DNA of 64,000 nucleotides from Leptolyngbyaceae cyanobacterium (GTDB lineage: Bacteria > Cyanobacteriota > Cyanobacteriia > Phormidesmidales > Phormidesmidaceae): positions 2,496,001-2,560,000 of the forward strand of contig CBDHHL010000032.1 of assembly GCA_965263355.1 (NCBI GenBank), in the 5' to 3' direction. This document shows, piece after piece, positions 21,711 through 32,141 of the stretch; within the stretch, counting starts at the first letter, position 1; each line of letters starts with the position of its first letter. Both the position numbers and the translations under genes were made by a program. The notes below the pieces were generated by a model. It saw only the letters and a program-made list of their open reading frames with translations, was not told the origin of the DNA and did no database searches.

Positions 21711-21901
21711 GATGAATATAAAACGTCCAAAGTTAATATCATATCAAATATAGCTAGACCATGCCCAAGTTAAAACCTGTAGTTTCTTCGTAGAAGAAAC
21801 CATCATTCTGGATGTGGACACAAGGTTTATCATGCCCAATGGTAACCTTATAAACATCTGTCAGGAGCACAATTTCTTCTGCGTTTGGAGATAAGATAAA
21901 A

Positions 21902-24595
21902 ATGCCTAACAATCTCGAAACGGGCTTTGAGTTTATACTACCCACTGGGAAAACTCTCCAGCTACGCGTCCATGATCCGCGCCCATGGATTAAAGATTGG
22001 GAAAAGCTCCCAGTCGTGATGCGTCTATTTGCGCTTACTATGAGCTTTTTTATTGCCGATCCGACCGAGCTTTCCGTTTTTGATCGCTGGGTTGAAAGTG
22101 GTGGGCAACTCGATGAAACGATTACCTGGGGTCCCCAAAGCATTGTCACCCACGATTTATCGGGGCCAGATATGTTTGTGGATATGCTGGGCATGATTTG
22201 CCAATTAATGAACGACGGCTTTTCCCTGCAGCAAATTCGCGAGCACCTTGGTCGAATCCGGGTCGGTATTGCCCTCGATCATGCACAAGAGAGTAACAAT
22301 GGTGACCCAGATGCCGATATCGCTGTGATGTTTGAGCGTAGCATGCCTCGCTTGGTCTTATTACGTTGGATTGCTGATTTTTTAGAGGGTTCGCTGTGGC
22401 CGAGTATTATGGGAATCTGTCACCAAATTATTCAAGAGTATTGGGGTGAGATTGTTGCGGTCTTCCGTGAGGGTAAACGCGTCAAAATCTCGAAAGATGA
22501 AAATACGGGTGGGTTGCAAGCGGGAGATCTGGTAACTCCAGAATCCATGTTTATTTTGGACTCCCACGCCTCTAACGGTGGTGGTTTTTTTCAGTTCGTT
22601 ATCGGTGGTGGTGGTCCTCGGGCTTTGCGCAGCTGGTTTGTGCATAAGATAACGATGGCTATCCCAAGGGTGACAAATGTACGTCTGGTGGGTCAGCTTG
22701 AGCCCGGTGTTGATGCCAAGTCTTTGGTTGCCGCGTTGACTAACTTTCTGGGGAATGATCGCGCGCTCAAGGGTAGTGCTATTGAGTATTCAGGTCCCGG
22801 CCTCGATACGCTTAGTACTGATGACCGATGTACGTTAGCCAACCAAGGACCTGAATATGGCGCGTTGATGGTGATTGTGCGCTTTGGTAAAGAAGTGATC
22901 AACCATCTCAATCGTACGGGGCGTTCCCCCGTGCTTGTGTCCCTTCTGGAACAATATTGTGATTTTCTGGGGTTGTCTAATCTTGCAGATGAGGAACTTG
23001 TATATACCTATACACGAGAGTTTGATCTGTCCTCTGTTGTGGCCCAAGCTGCAACGAATAATCAGCCTAAGTTCTCTGTGCCGATCAGCGGTCTTGTGGC
23101 TACAATCCGTGGGTTCTGCCTCGGCAAACTCAACAAGATGTATAACGCTTGCCAGTTTGTGATTGCCATAGCTGCGATTACCAGTTGCACTTCTACTGGC
23201 AATCCTCGCATGGTGGTAGAAGCGGCGCTGGTTGCCCGTGCAGCGGCCGAACTTGGTCTTAAGGTTCCTGGATGGGTAAAAGCGATGTTTGCCCCTGGTA
23301 GTGCCAGTGCATCAATTTATCTTGAACGGTTTGACCTACTTAAATGTTTCGATCATATTGGCTTCAAATCTGGCGGTATCGCATGTACCTACTGTTTAGG
23401 CAAAAGCGGTCAGTTGTATCCAGCGTTCTACACCAAGGTTGCCGAAATGGCTGCCACAGGACTTGAGGCCATGGCCATGGCGATTACTAGCTCTAATCGC
23501 CCCTTCGATAAGCGGATTCATAAGGAAGCATGCATCAACACAACTCTAAGCCCTGCTTGGGTCGTCATTTTTGCATTGAAAGGATATATTTTTGACCCAA
23601 TCAATGAACCTCTGACTGTCGTGAAAGGTCGTAAAATATATGCAACAGAACTGTTCCCGGCTCCGGAAGTCGTGGCCCACTATGTTGAGCAGATTGGCCC
23701 TGAAGACTATGCTCAGACTTACAGCCCAGCCGTGTTAGCGGGAGATCGACAATTCCAGGCTATTCCTCGTCAGAGTGTGGAAACGTTATTTGAGCCAGGT
23801 CAGGAGAACCACTGGGTTAATATACCAGACTACAGCACTTGTAAACGGTTTGTGCCCAACGGCAAGATTCCTCAAGTACACAAGGCTCGTTGTCTGGGGG
23901 TTTATGGCAATGGTTTGACCACCGATGGTCTTGCGCCTAACTTCTCGGTGATTGAGGACAGCCCAATGTGGAATTACCTAATTGCTGAGGGGATGACACC
24001 GACTCAGATTCGTCAATATAAGATCAGTGATTTCCGCTCAAAAGACGCTGTTATGCGAATGGCGGTTTTGAGTGGCGGCGATGCCTATAATCTGATGGCC
24101 GATGGAAAAACAGGCATGACCACCCATGTCCTGACTGGCGAAGAACAGTTTTTGTACCTGGTTGCAAAAGCTTATGATGACCTTAATATCAACAAGTTTA
24201 TTATGGCGCTAAACGACTACGGTAGCGGGTCTTCACGCGTCTGGGGTGTTAAGGGGTTAACCTTTAGTAATATTCCACTGGTACTGAGCAAAAACACTGA
24301 CCCAATCCATAGCCAAAATCTGGTGGATATGGGGGTGGTTAATCTTTTGTTTTGTGCGGGCAAAGACTATACAACACTTGGTTTGGATGGCTTTGAAATC
24401 TATAGTTTCCACTTCAACGGCGAACTGACGCCTGGTCAGGTTGTAACGGTCGAAGCCGAGAAGAGTGATGGAACTGTGATTTCCTTTGAGACTACAGTTG
24501 CTGCGCGAACTCAGGAAGACTGCCAAACTATCATTGACGGAGGGTTTATCGAGGCCTGTGTCAACGGCGCTGCTGCGATCATGAGGGCTGCTTAA
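21902..24595 (+). CDS. Highly divergent AcnA/IRP-type aconitase-family [4Fe-4S] hydro-lyase
   Basis: 897 aa with motifs in AcnA order: LDH, GICHQ, DSH, ANQGPEYG, AAITSCT, CTYC, NRPFDKR, TTD, YGSGSSR. Confidence 0.85.
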   Translation: MPNNLETGFEFILPTGKTLQLRVHDPRPWIKDWEKLPVVMRLFALTMSFFIADPTELSVFDRWVESGGQLDETITWGPQSIVTHDLSGPDMFVDMLGMICQLMNDGFSLQQIREHLGRIRVGIALDHAQESNNGDPDADIAVMFERSMPRLVLLRWIADFLEGSLWPSIMGICHQIIQEYWGEIVAVFREGKRVKISKDENTGGLQAGDLVTPESMFILDSHASNGGGFFQFVIGGGGPRALRSWFVHKITMAIPRVTNVRLVGQLEPGVDAKSLVAALTNFLGNDRALKGSAIEYSGPGLDTLSTDDRCTLANQGPEYGALMVIVRFGKEVINHLNRTGRSPVLVSLLEQYCDFLGLSNLADEELVYTYTREFDLSSVVAQAATNNQPKFSVPISGLVATIRGFCLGKLNKMYNACQFVIAIAAITSCTSTGNPRMVVEAALVARAAAELGLKVPGWVKAMFAPGSASASIYLERFDLLKCFDHIGFKSGGIACTYCLGKSGQLYPAFYTKVAEMAATGLEAMAMAITSSNRPFDKRIHKEACINTTLSPAWVVIFALKGYIFDPINEPLTVVKGRKIYATELFPAPEVVAHYVEQIGPEDYAQTYSPAVLAGDRQFQAIPRQSVETLFEPGQENHWVNIPDYSTCKRFVPNGKIPQVHKARCLGVYGNGLTTDGLAPNFSVIEDSPMWNYLIAEGMTPTQIRQYKISDFRSKDAVMRMAVLSGGDAYNLMADGKTGMTTHVLTGEEQFLYLVAKAYDDLNINKFIMALNDYGSGSSRVWGVKGLTFSNIPLVLSKNTDPIHSQNLVDMGVVNLLFCAGKDYTTLGLDGFEIYSFHFNGELTPGQVVTVEAEKSDGTVISFETTVAARTQEDCQTIIDGGFIEACVNGAAAIMRAA

Positions 24596-24604
24596 AACGC
24601 TATA

Positions 24605-25744
24605 TTAGGTGGGACGACGCTGAAGTAAGTATTTAACCAAGATTGGTCCCAATGCCAATATAAAAAACATGCGGCTTAACTGCATGGTTAACACCAGGCT
24701 AGTATCTCCGCCCAATTGCACTACCATCGCAACCATGGCTTCTAACCCACCAGGTGTGGATCCTAAAATCGCCGTAGCTGTATCCACACCTGTAGCCCAA
24801 TGGAACCCATACCCGATTCCTAAGCAGGCAACGATCAAGAACACGACCAAAACAATTTCCAGTAAAACGGCTTTCAATAACTTTGCTGCCGTTTGGATAT
24901 CAAAGCGCAAACCAATACTTACGCCCAACAGTAACAACCCGCTCATAAATACTGGCTGAGGTACCTGATACAAGTCAGGAAATAGCCATAGGCAAGCTAA
25001 CCCCACTAAAAACGTGCCGAAGAAATCTGCTGCCGGTAAATTGAGGCGTTTGCCCGCGAATATTCCAAATCCACAGAAGAATAATACAACCAAGCTATTT
25101 AAGGGCTCTATCACATTACTGTCTGCTAAGGTACTGGGCACGTTTTCAGATGGGAGGTCAATAGCTGGAAATAAGAGACCAACGGTAATGGGTACAATCA
25201 CAACAACTAATAGCAGACGCAGGTATTGTAAAACTGCCACAGCGATCGCATCACCTCCCATTTCTTCACTCATAGCGACGATGCCTGAGGCCACCCCTGG
25301 AATTGACCCTAAAAAGCCTGTCGTCAGATCAATACCGGCCCAGCGAGCTAACAAGTAACCATTAAATAGACTGAAGCCACTGGTGCCAATGGTACATGCC
25401 AGGATTGGCAGGGCATAGGCTTTAGCCATCCACAACGTCTCGGGGGAAAATCGTGCTGCCGTTGCAATGCCAATAATCGCTTTTCCGATGGTTAAAAAAG
25501 AGACTGGTAAAGGCTGGGGATTACCTTGACTAACAGCGTAGAGAATGCCGAGAATCAACGGGCCAAGGAGCCAGCTGACAGGGAATTGAAGGTAATTAAA
25601 CAGTAGGGCAATTGCGATCGCAAACACTAACGGTTCTACGATAGTCCGCAAGCGAGACGCACTAACAGTCCATAGAATGGGCAAACCAAACCACGATTTT
25701 GTAGTTGCATTTTCATCGATCACCGTAAGAGCCGCCGCCTCCAA
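24605..25744 (-). CDS. AbrB family membrane protein (putative ammonia monooxygenase-like family)
   Basis: Duplicated halves with WLLGP, SIPG/STPGG, Q..R motifs; about 10 TM helices. Start codon uncertain. Confidence 0.85.
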   Translation of the reverse strand: MEAAALTVIDENATTKSWFGLPILWTVSASRLRTIVEPLVFAIAIALLFNYLQFPVSWLLGPLILGILYAVSQGNPQPLPVSFLTIGKAIIGIATAARFSPETLWMAKAYALPILACTIGTSGFSLFNGYLLARWAGIDLTTGFLGSIPGVASGIVAMSEEMGGDAIAVAVLQYLRLLLVVVIVPITVGLLFPAIDLPSENVPSTLADSNVIEPLNSLVVLFFCGFGIFAGKRLNLPAADFFGTFLVGLACLWLFPDLYQVPQPVFMSGLLLLGVSIGLRFDIQTAAKLLKAVLLEIVLVVFLIVACLGIGYGFHWATGVDTATAILGSTPGGLEAMVAMVVQLGGDTSLVLTMQLSRMFFILALGPILVKYLLQRRPT

Positions 25745-25941
25745 ATTGTTATCAACAAATCATAGGCTTACCTAGCCTGGAACAGACCACAATTTTGCAT
25801 ATCCCTGCATGTCGTTACTTATTAAGAAAATAGAAAATTAATATCCTGTTGGCCTTACTGTCATTAAAAATTAGTTCACCTATTTAAGATTAATCATAAC
25901 GAATTGATGGATTCAGATTTGGATTCAGATTTAGAGGTACC

Positions 25942-27426
25942 GTGACTGAAACATCAGGGCTAGATACGCTGATTAAACATGTAAGGGTGGTGCGTCCAAA
26001 CCAGTCATCCGTAGAACTACTGGATTTGGGTATCAAGGATGGAAAATTTGCCCAAATTTCTCCAGATATTAGCCCTGATCAGGCAAATGAGGTCATTGAT
26101 GGCGAGAATTTACTAGGGTTTCCCGGCTGTGTGGATGCCCATATGCACATCGGCATTTATCAACCCCTGGAACAAGATGCTGTTGCAGAAACTAAGGCAG
26201 CAGCCATGGGGGGTGTGACTACCAGTCTGAACTATATGCGCACAGGGCAGTATTACCTGAACAAGGGTGGTCCCTACCAGTCGTTTTATCCAGAAGTCTT
26301 AGCAAAATCAGCGGGCAATTTTTTTGTCGATTATGGCTATCATCTAGCTCCCATTAGTCCCCACCATATTGATGAAATGCCCTGGTTGTTGGAGCAGGGC
26401 GTGACATCGTTTAAGATTTTTATGTTTTACGGTGGCTATGGTCTCCACGGTCTTTCTGGTCAACAAAGCCTGTTTTTGATGATCAACAAGGAAGACCGTT
26501 ATGACTTTGCCCATTTTGAATTTATTATGCGGGGGCTGACCCGTCTGCGGCAAGAAAATCCTGACGTTCAGGATAGTCTGAGTTTAAGTCTCCACTGCGA
26601 AGTGGCCGATATCTTAAATGCCTATACTAAAATTGTACAACAAGATACAAGTCTCTCTGGCTTAAAGGCCTACAGTGCTGCCCGCCCGCCCCATTCTGAA
26701 GGGCTGGCAATTTGTATTGCGTCCTATCTGGCCTATGAGACAGACTGTGTCAATATTAATTTGCTGCATCTTAGTTCTCGGAAGGCATTGGAAGCAGCCT
26801 TGATGATGCAGAACTCCTTTCCCCACATTAACTTTCGACGGGAGGTGACCGTTGGCCATCTGTTGTTGGATGTGGATACAACCGCAGGTAAGTGGGCCAA
26901 GGTGAATCCCCCTATCCGGTCTCGACAGGATGTGGAATTTCTTTGGAATGCGGTGTTAGATGGCCAGGTGGATTGGATTGTCAGCGACCATGCCTGCTGT
27001 TCTGCGGCGAAAAAGGTCAGTTTTAAAGACCCAGAGAATATTTGGCTGGCTAAATCAGGTTTTGGCGGGACTGAATATTTACTCTCAGGGGTGTTTAGCG
27101 AGGGTAGTAAGCGCGGGCTGCCCTACCATCGGATGGCGGAACTGCTGAGTTGGAATCCAGCTCAGCGATACGGGCTGTTTTGTAAAGGGGATATTGCCGT
27201 TGGCTATGATGCGGATCTGGTTTTGTTGGACCCAGATGAGACATTTGTTGTCCAGGCGGATCAATCACTGTCACAACAAGGGTATACCCCCTTCGAGGGA
27301 GTGGAGTTAACGGGCCGTGTAAAACAAACATTTTTACGGGGGCAATTAATTTATGACCGTGGTCAGGTGGTAGGAACACCTCAGGGCAAGTATTTAAAAC
27401 GTCCTTTAAGGCTTGTTAAAAATTAA
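25942..27426 (+). CDS. Cyclic amidohydrolase (dihydroorotase/allantoinase/hydantoinase family)
   Basis: PGCVDAHMH, FKIFMFY (carbamylated Lys), HCE, HLS, KVNPPIR, SDHA, GYDADLV. Confidence 0.9.
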   Translation: MTETSGLDTLIKHVRVVRPNQSSVELLDLGIKDGKFAQISPDISPDQANEVIDGENLLGFPGCVDAHMHIGIYQPLEQDAVAETKAAAMGGVTTSLNYMRTGQYYLNKGGPYQSFYPEVLAKSAGNFFVDYGYHLAPISPHHIDEMPWLLEQGVTSFKIFMFYGGYGLHGLSGQQSLFLMINKEDRYDFAHFEFIMRGLTRLRQENPDVQDSLSLSLHCEVADILNAYTKIVQQDTSLSGLKAYSAARPPHSEGLAICIASYLAYETDCVNINLLHLSSRKALEAALMMQNSFPHINFRREVTVGHLLLDVDTTAGKWAKVNPPIRSRQDVEFLWNAVLDGQVDWIVSDHACCSAAKKVSFKDPENIWLAKSGFGGTEYLLSGVFSEGSKRGLPYHRMAELLSWNPAQRYGLFCKGDIAVGYDADLVLLDPDETFVVQADQSLSQQGYTPFEGVELTGRVKQTFLRGQLIYDRGQVVGTPQGKYLKRPLRLVKN

Positions 27427-27712
27427 GCTCATGATTTTAGCTAGGGTAATTATATTCAGATTATCCTAAAACCCAGCGCACTAGGTTATTCCTAATGGCA
27501 TTAAGTTGGGGTTATGGCGAAGTCGATTATAGGTGTTCTGGCTCGATTTTTGCGAAGAATTTGATGCATAAAACTCAAATCATGAAGCTATTTTTGCTAA
27601 TTTCTTAGCACTCCCATAAATTAATCTCCTTTGGTCGAGATCCCCCTTGCCTGCCCCCCTTTCCTCCCGAAGGGAAATGAATCGGAAAAATCTTATCAAG
27701 AGTTCGTTTTTT

Positions 27713-28756
27713 ATGGAATCCCCATCTACTCCTATAAATGCGTTTACAGCATTGGCGATGCAGCTAAAGGCTGAAGCGGTTAATCGGGCAAGTACTTCGT
27801 CCGAGGCACGGACCATTATGGAGGGTGCGATCGCAAAGCTAGGTCCTCAAATCGCCGCTGCCCGCGCCTTTATCGGTGCCGACTGTCGCCTGGTAGTACT
27901 GCCAGAATACTGGCTCACTGGCTTTCCCATGGGAGAATCTCTCACCGACTGGGGCACCAAGGCCTGTCTCACTATGGATGACCCAATTTACGAGGCCCTG
28001 GGAGCCATTGCCCAAAAGCAGGGAATTTTTCTAGCGGGCAATGCCTACGAATTGGATTCTAATTTTCCCGACCTCTATTTCCAGACTTGTTTTGTGCTGG
28101 ATCCCTCAGGGGACATGGTGTTGCGGTATCGTCGCATCAACTCTATGTATGCCCCCACGCCCCACGATGTGTGGGACAAATATTTGGATATCTACGGCAT
28201 TGAAGGAATTTTCCCGGTGGCCAAAACAGCCATTGGCAATCTGGCCGCCGTCGCCTCCGATGAGATTCTCTTTCCCGAGGTGACCCGCTGTTTGATGCTG
28301 CGGGGGGCTGAAATTTTGCTCCATCCCACCTCTGAAGTATATGGCAATGCTCGGGCTCCTAAGGAAGCGGCCAAAGTCTCTCGGGCCGTGGAAAATATCA
28401 TGTATGTGGTCTCGGCCAATACCGCTGGCATTGCCAATACACCCATTTTAGAAGCCTCGGTGGATGGGGGCTCGAAGATTATTGACTACCGGGGGCTGAT
28501 ATTGGCGGAAACTGGAGCTGGAGAGAGTATGGCTGCCTATGGCGACATTGACCTGGATGCTCTGCGTCGCTATCGTCAACGGCCCAGCATCAAGAACCTA
28601 CTATCTCGGCAGCGGCTGGATGCCTATACTACACTCTATGGTCAGTTTTCTATTTACCCGGCCAATTCCATGGCAGCCGGTGGGGTGGAACGCAGCCACT
28701 TTATCGCTACTCAGAAAACAGCCCTTGAACGGTTAACACAGTTGGGGGTAATTTGA
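27713..28756 (+). CDS. Nitrilase-superfamily carbon-nitrogen hydrolase with atypical triad
   Basis: LVVLPEY, RYRR, ASDEILFPE, RAVEN..YVVSAN, GGSKIID. ATG 27713 preferred. Confidence 0.85.
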   Translation: MESPSTPINAFTALAMQLKAEAVNRASTSSEARTIMEGAIAKLGPQIAAARAFIGADCRLVVLPEYWLTGFPMGESLTDWGTKACLTMDDPIYEALGAIAQKQGIFLAGNAYELDSNFPDLYFQTCFVLDPSGDMVLRYRRINSMYAPTPHDVWDKYLDIYGIEGIFPVAKTAIGNLAAVASDEILFPEVTRCLMLRGAEILLHPTSEVYGNARAPKEAAKVSRAVENIMYVVSANTAGIANTPILEASVDGGSKIIDYRGLILAETGAGESMAAYGDIDLDALRRYRQRPSIKNLLSRQRLDAYTTLYGQFSIYPANSMAAGGVERSHFIATQKTALERLTQLGVI

Positions 28757-28757
28757 C

Positions 28758-30164
28758 ATGGTCGCCGTACGAAACCCACGCACAGGCCGTCTGGATTATG
28801 AGATTACCCCGCCCACGCCAGAACAGCTAACCGCTACCTGTAAGCGGCTGCGCCAGGGGCAGCAAGATTGGCAAACCAAAGGGGTGGGCTATCGAATTGA
28901 GGCTTTACAGGCATGGAAACAGGCATTGTTAGCCTGCAAAGATGATTTAATTCAGGCAATTGCAGCGGATACGGGCCGACTCTCAGAATCTGTGCTGGAG
29001 GTAGACTCATTTCTCTCAGGGTTGGACCGCTGGTGTGGACTGGCCCCGGACCTGATTGCACCTGCCCCAGCCAAAACATCGGCTATTCCGTTTATCGAAC
29101 TGCGTCCTCAGTTAGTCCCCTACAACCTGGTGGGGATAATCAGTCCCTGGAATTTTCCCCTATTACTATCCACCATCGATACGGTGCCAGCACTGTTAGC
29201 GGGCTGTGCCGTGATGGTTAAACCCAGTGAGATTACCTCTCGGTTTATTCAGGTAATCATGGTTGCGATCGCAACTGTTCCCGCTCTCCAATCCGTCCTC
29301 ACCTTTATCGAAGGTGCAGGCGAAACCGGTGCAGCGTTGATCGACCAGGTGGATTTGGTGTGCTTTACCGGCAGTGTTGCCACCGGTAAAACCGTGGCCA
29401 TGGCTGCCGCAAGACGCATGATCCCCGTCTTTTTAGAGTTGGGTGGGAAAGACCCTGCTATTGTTCTCGCATCAGCCAATGTGGACCAGGCCGCCACCGC
29501 ATTACTATGGGGATCGGTGGTAAATGCAGGGCAGTCCTGCTTGTCCATTGAGCGGATTTATGTGGATCAGGGGATTTGCGATCGCTTTGTCGAAACTCTG
29601 GTACAGAAAGCAAAACAGCTTAACCTGGCCTATCCCGAACCAAACAGCGGTCAAATCGGCCCGATTATTGCCGCCAGACAAGCCGATCTGATCGCAGATC
29701 ATTTGCAAGATGCCCATAACAAAGGAGCAGTTATCCAGTGTGGCGGGACCATTGAAAATCTCGGAGGGGGCCTGTGGTGTCGTCCAACCGTCCTCACCCA
29801 GGTAAACCATACGATGAAAATTATGACGACAGAAACCTTTGGCCCGATTATGCCAGTAATGCCGTTTGACACCGTTGATACAGCCATTCGACTCGCCAAC
29901 GATACCATTTATGGCCTCAGTGCAGCGGTATTTGCCGGTTCAATCGAGGAAGCCCAGGCCGTTGGCCAACAGATTCAGGCAGGGGCCATCAGCATCAACG
30001 ATGCTGGCTTAACCGCACTGGTCCATGAAGGAGAAAAAAACGCCTTTAAGTCATCTGGTCTCGGTGGCTCCCGTATGGGACCCGCATCGCTCCAGCGATT
30101 TATGCGTAAACAGATCTGTTTGGTCAAAACTAGCTCGATGAACGATCCCTGGTGGTTTAGGTAA
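28758..30164 (+). CDS. Aldehyde dehydrogenase
   Basis: SPWNFP, KPSE, FTGS, LELGGK, NAGQSC, ETFGP; begins 1 bp after the nitrilase stop. Confidence 0.95.
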   Translation: MVAVRNPRTGRLDYEITPPTPEQLTATCKRLRQGQQDWQTKGVGYRIEALQAWKQALLACKDDLIQAIAADTGRLSESVLEVDSFLSGLDRWCGLAPDLIAPAPAKTSAIPFIELRPQLVPYNLVGIISPWNFPLLLSTIDTVPALLAGCAVMVKPSEITSRFIQVIMVAIATVPALQSVLTFIEGAGETGAALIDQVDLVCFTGSVATGKTVAMAAARRMIPVFLELGGKDPAIVLASANVDQAATALLWGSVVNAGQSCLSIERIYVDQGICDRFVETLVQKAKQLNLAYPEPNSGQIGPIIAARQADLIADHLQDAHNKGAVIQCGGTIENLGGGLWCRPTVLTQVNHTMKIMTTETFGPIMPVMPFDTVDTAIRLANDTIYGLSAAVFAGSIEEAQAVGQQIQAGAISINDAGLTALVHEGEKNAFKSSGLGGSRMGPASLQRFMRKQICLVKTSSMNDPWWFR

Positions 30165-30363
30165 GAATTCTGTCGTTATTAGACTGTGTTTATGAAGGCA
30201 TGTCGTATTCATCATCAGTACAGCCCGTTATCAATCCGGTGCAGGGCCTGGAAAGCGTTTCGCAAATGTTGTTACAAATGGAGCAGAATCGTCTCATAGG
30301 AAAGGTTGTCATTGCCCCATAATTTTATGTTTAGGCCGTTTAGTTAAATTAGGAGCTAGTCAA

Positions 30364-30810
30364 ATGTCTACAATTCGCGAAGGAATGCCCGTTCTCACTC
30401 GCCATGAAGGTCAATGGGCCGGGACTTACACAGTGATTGATAATGACGGCAAGATTCTCGATACCCACAAATGCCTGATCACCTGTGAGTTTCCAGAGGG
30501 CCAACCCTATCCCTATTTCCAAACCAATCGCTATACCTGGGCTGACGGCAAAGTAGAAGAATATCAGTTTCCTGGTATGTATCGAGATAACAAACTTTGG
30601 TTTGATACCGAGCGCATTGAAGGCAAAGCCTGGGACGCTGACGATTCTCTTGTGATCCTATGGTTTGCCTATAAAGGAATTCCGGGTGCCTTTGTCTATG
30701 AAATGATCCACCTGAGTAAGTGCAACAATCACCGTGCCCGTACCTGGCACTGGTTTAAAGATGGCGAAATCTACCAGCGAACGCTGATCAAAGAAGAGCG
30801 AGTCAAGTAA
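30364..30810 (+). CDS. Small beta-barrel protein, DUF3598/lipocalin-like
   Basis: HEG.WAGTY N-terminal GxW motif, RARTWHWF; strand-rich. Confidence 0.6.
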   Translation: MSTIREGMPVLTRHEGQWAGTYTVIDNDGKILDTHKCLITCEFPEGQPYPYFQTNRYTWADGKVEEYQFPGMYRDNKLWFDTERIEGKAWDADDSLVILWFAYKGIPGAFVYEMIHLSKCNNHRARTWHWFKDGEIYQRTLIKEERVK

Positions 30811-30876
30811 GACTCCGTTACGCAATAAACCTTCCCACCGTACCCCCAAACTTAATGCCATTAGGAATAACCTGAC

Positions 30877-31689
30877 ATGAACCCCATCAAGCGAGCCTTT
30901 TTAGATACCGCCGATGGCCAAATTCACTATCGCATTGGAGGCAAAGGTGAGCCTCTCCTTCTACTACACATGAATCCCCGCAGCAGCGACGAATATCGGG
31001 AACTTATGCCAATTTTGGGGCAACACTATCAGGTAATAGCCATGGACGCCATGGGCTTTGGCGATTCCGATAAACCCCCAAGGATGTACACAATTTACGA
31101 CTATGCTAGAACCGTGATGGCGTTACTGGATGAACTAGGCATCCAAACAGTCAATATTCTCGGCAATCATACTGGTGCGTTTATTGCCGGAGAAGTCACA
31201 GCAACCCATCCTGAGCGAGTTAAAAAGCTTGTCCTGGGAAATGTTCCTGGCTTCGGTGAACAGGGTAAAACCAAACTCATGGAACTCTTTGAGAAAGGCT
31301 TTAAGATTAAAGACGATGGCTCCCATCTAATGCAAAGATGGCAGGCCCGTTCCCGTTATGTGGGTACATCTGAGCTAAACCATCGCTGGGTGTTAGACGA
31401 CCTCAAATGTTTTGGTCATCCCTTATACGCCGTCTGGGCTGTAGCCCAATACTGCATGGAAGCTGAGGCAAGATTAAAGCAAATCACATGTCCTACACTG
31501 ATCTTCTGGGGCTTAGACGATGTTCAAGAATTCGAAAAACTTGGCCTCTCCAAACCAGAAGACAGATTCTTTGTCACCCAGGCCATCCCCCATGGCCAGG
31601 TAGTCGATATTCCTGAAGGAACCATCTGTATGATGAATCAGATGCCAGAGGAGATCGCTGAGATAGTGCTTAGCTTCTTAAATAGTTGA
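30877..31689 (+). CDS. Alpha/beta-fold hydrolase with atypical nucleophile elbow
   Basis: PLLLLH, D..GFGDSD, elbow GNHTG instead of GxSxG, CPTLIFWG. Confidence 0.85.
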   Translation: MNPIKRAFLDTADGQIHYRIGGKGEPLLLLHMNPRSSDEYRELMPILGQHYQVIAMDAMGFGDSDKPPRMYTIYDYARTVMALLDELGIQTVNILGNHTGAFIAGEVTATHPERVKKLVLGNVPGFGEQGKTKLMELFEKGFKIKDDGSHLMQRWQARSRYVGTSELNHRWVLDDLKCFGHPLYAVWAVAQYCMEAEARLKQITCPTLIFWGLDDVQEFEKLGLSKPEDRFFVTQAIPHGQVVDIPEGTICMMNQMPEEIAEIVLSFLNS

Positions 31690-31712
31690 ACTTAGTGCAA
31701 TGCTTTTAAGGC

Positions 31713-32141
31713 TTAGTCTCCCAACACCGCTGTACATTTAATCTCGACAATAAGCCCTGGTGTAGACAGGGCAACGATGCCAACACCAGTCCATGTGGGG
31801 CAGCTCTTTGTAAAATAGCGATCCTTTACCTGGATAAATAATGGCAAGTGAGGAATCTTTAATTCTTGTGGATTTTCTATCGGAGTATCAACAACATGAT
31901 AGGTAATCATCTCCACCACATGCTCAAAGGTAGCTCCTGCCGCCGATAGAACCTTTTCCACATTCTTAAATGCCTGGTCAAATTGAGCTTCGGTGTCCTC
32001 AATCACTTGCATATTTTCATCTCTTCCTACTTGCCCTGCAATATATAAGATATCTCCCACCTTTATTCCAGGACAATAGCGATATTTTTCGTACAGGATT
32101 TCCATGCCTTCAGGAATTATAATCTCGCGCTTAATACCCAT
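31713..32141 (-). CDS. Rid (RidA/YjgF) family protein lacking the catalytic Arg
   Basis: LYIAGQVG, PTWTGVG in place of PAR, VEIK. Start at ATG 32141. Confidence 0.88.
   Translation of the reverse strand: MGIKREIIIPEGMEILYEKYRYCPGIKVGDILYIAGQVGRDENMQVIEDTEAQFDQAFKNVEKVLSAAGATFEHVVEMITYHVVDTPIENPQELKIPHLPLFIQVKDRYFTKSCPTWTGVGIVALSTPGLIVEIKCTAVLGD

Noticed and set aside
21902..24595. Calling the gene acnA, or foreign because it lacks HIP1
   Set aside because: It is too divergent for an orthology call, and HIP1 density here (roughly one per 3 kb) makes absence over 2.7 kb uninformative.
25908..25933. GGATTCAGATTT direct repeat before the amidohydrolase
   Set aside because: A two-copy 12-mer next to the RBS; a slippage duplication is as likely as an operator, and no second instance was found.
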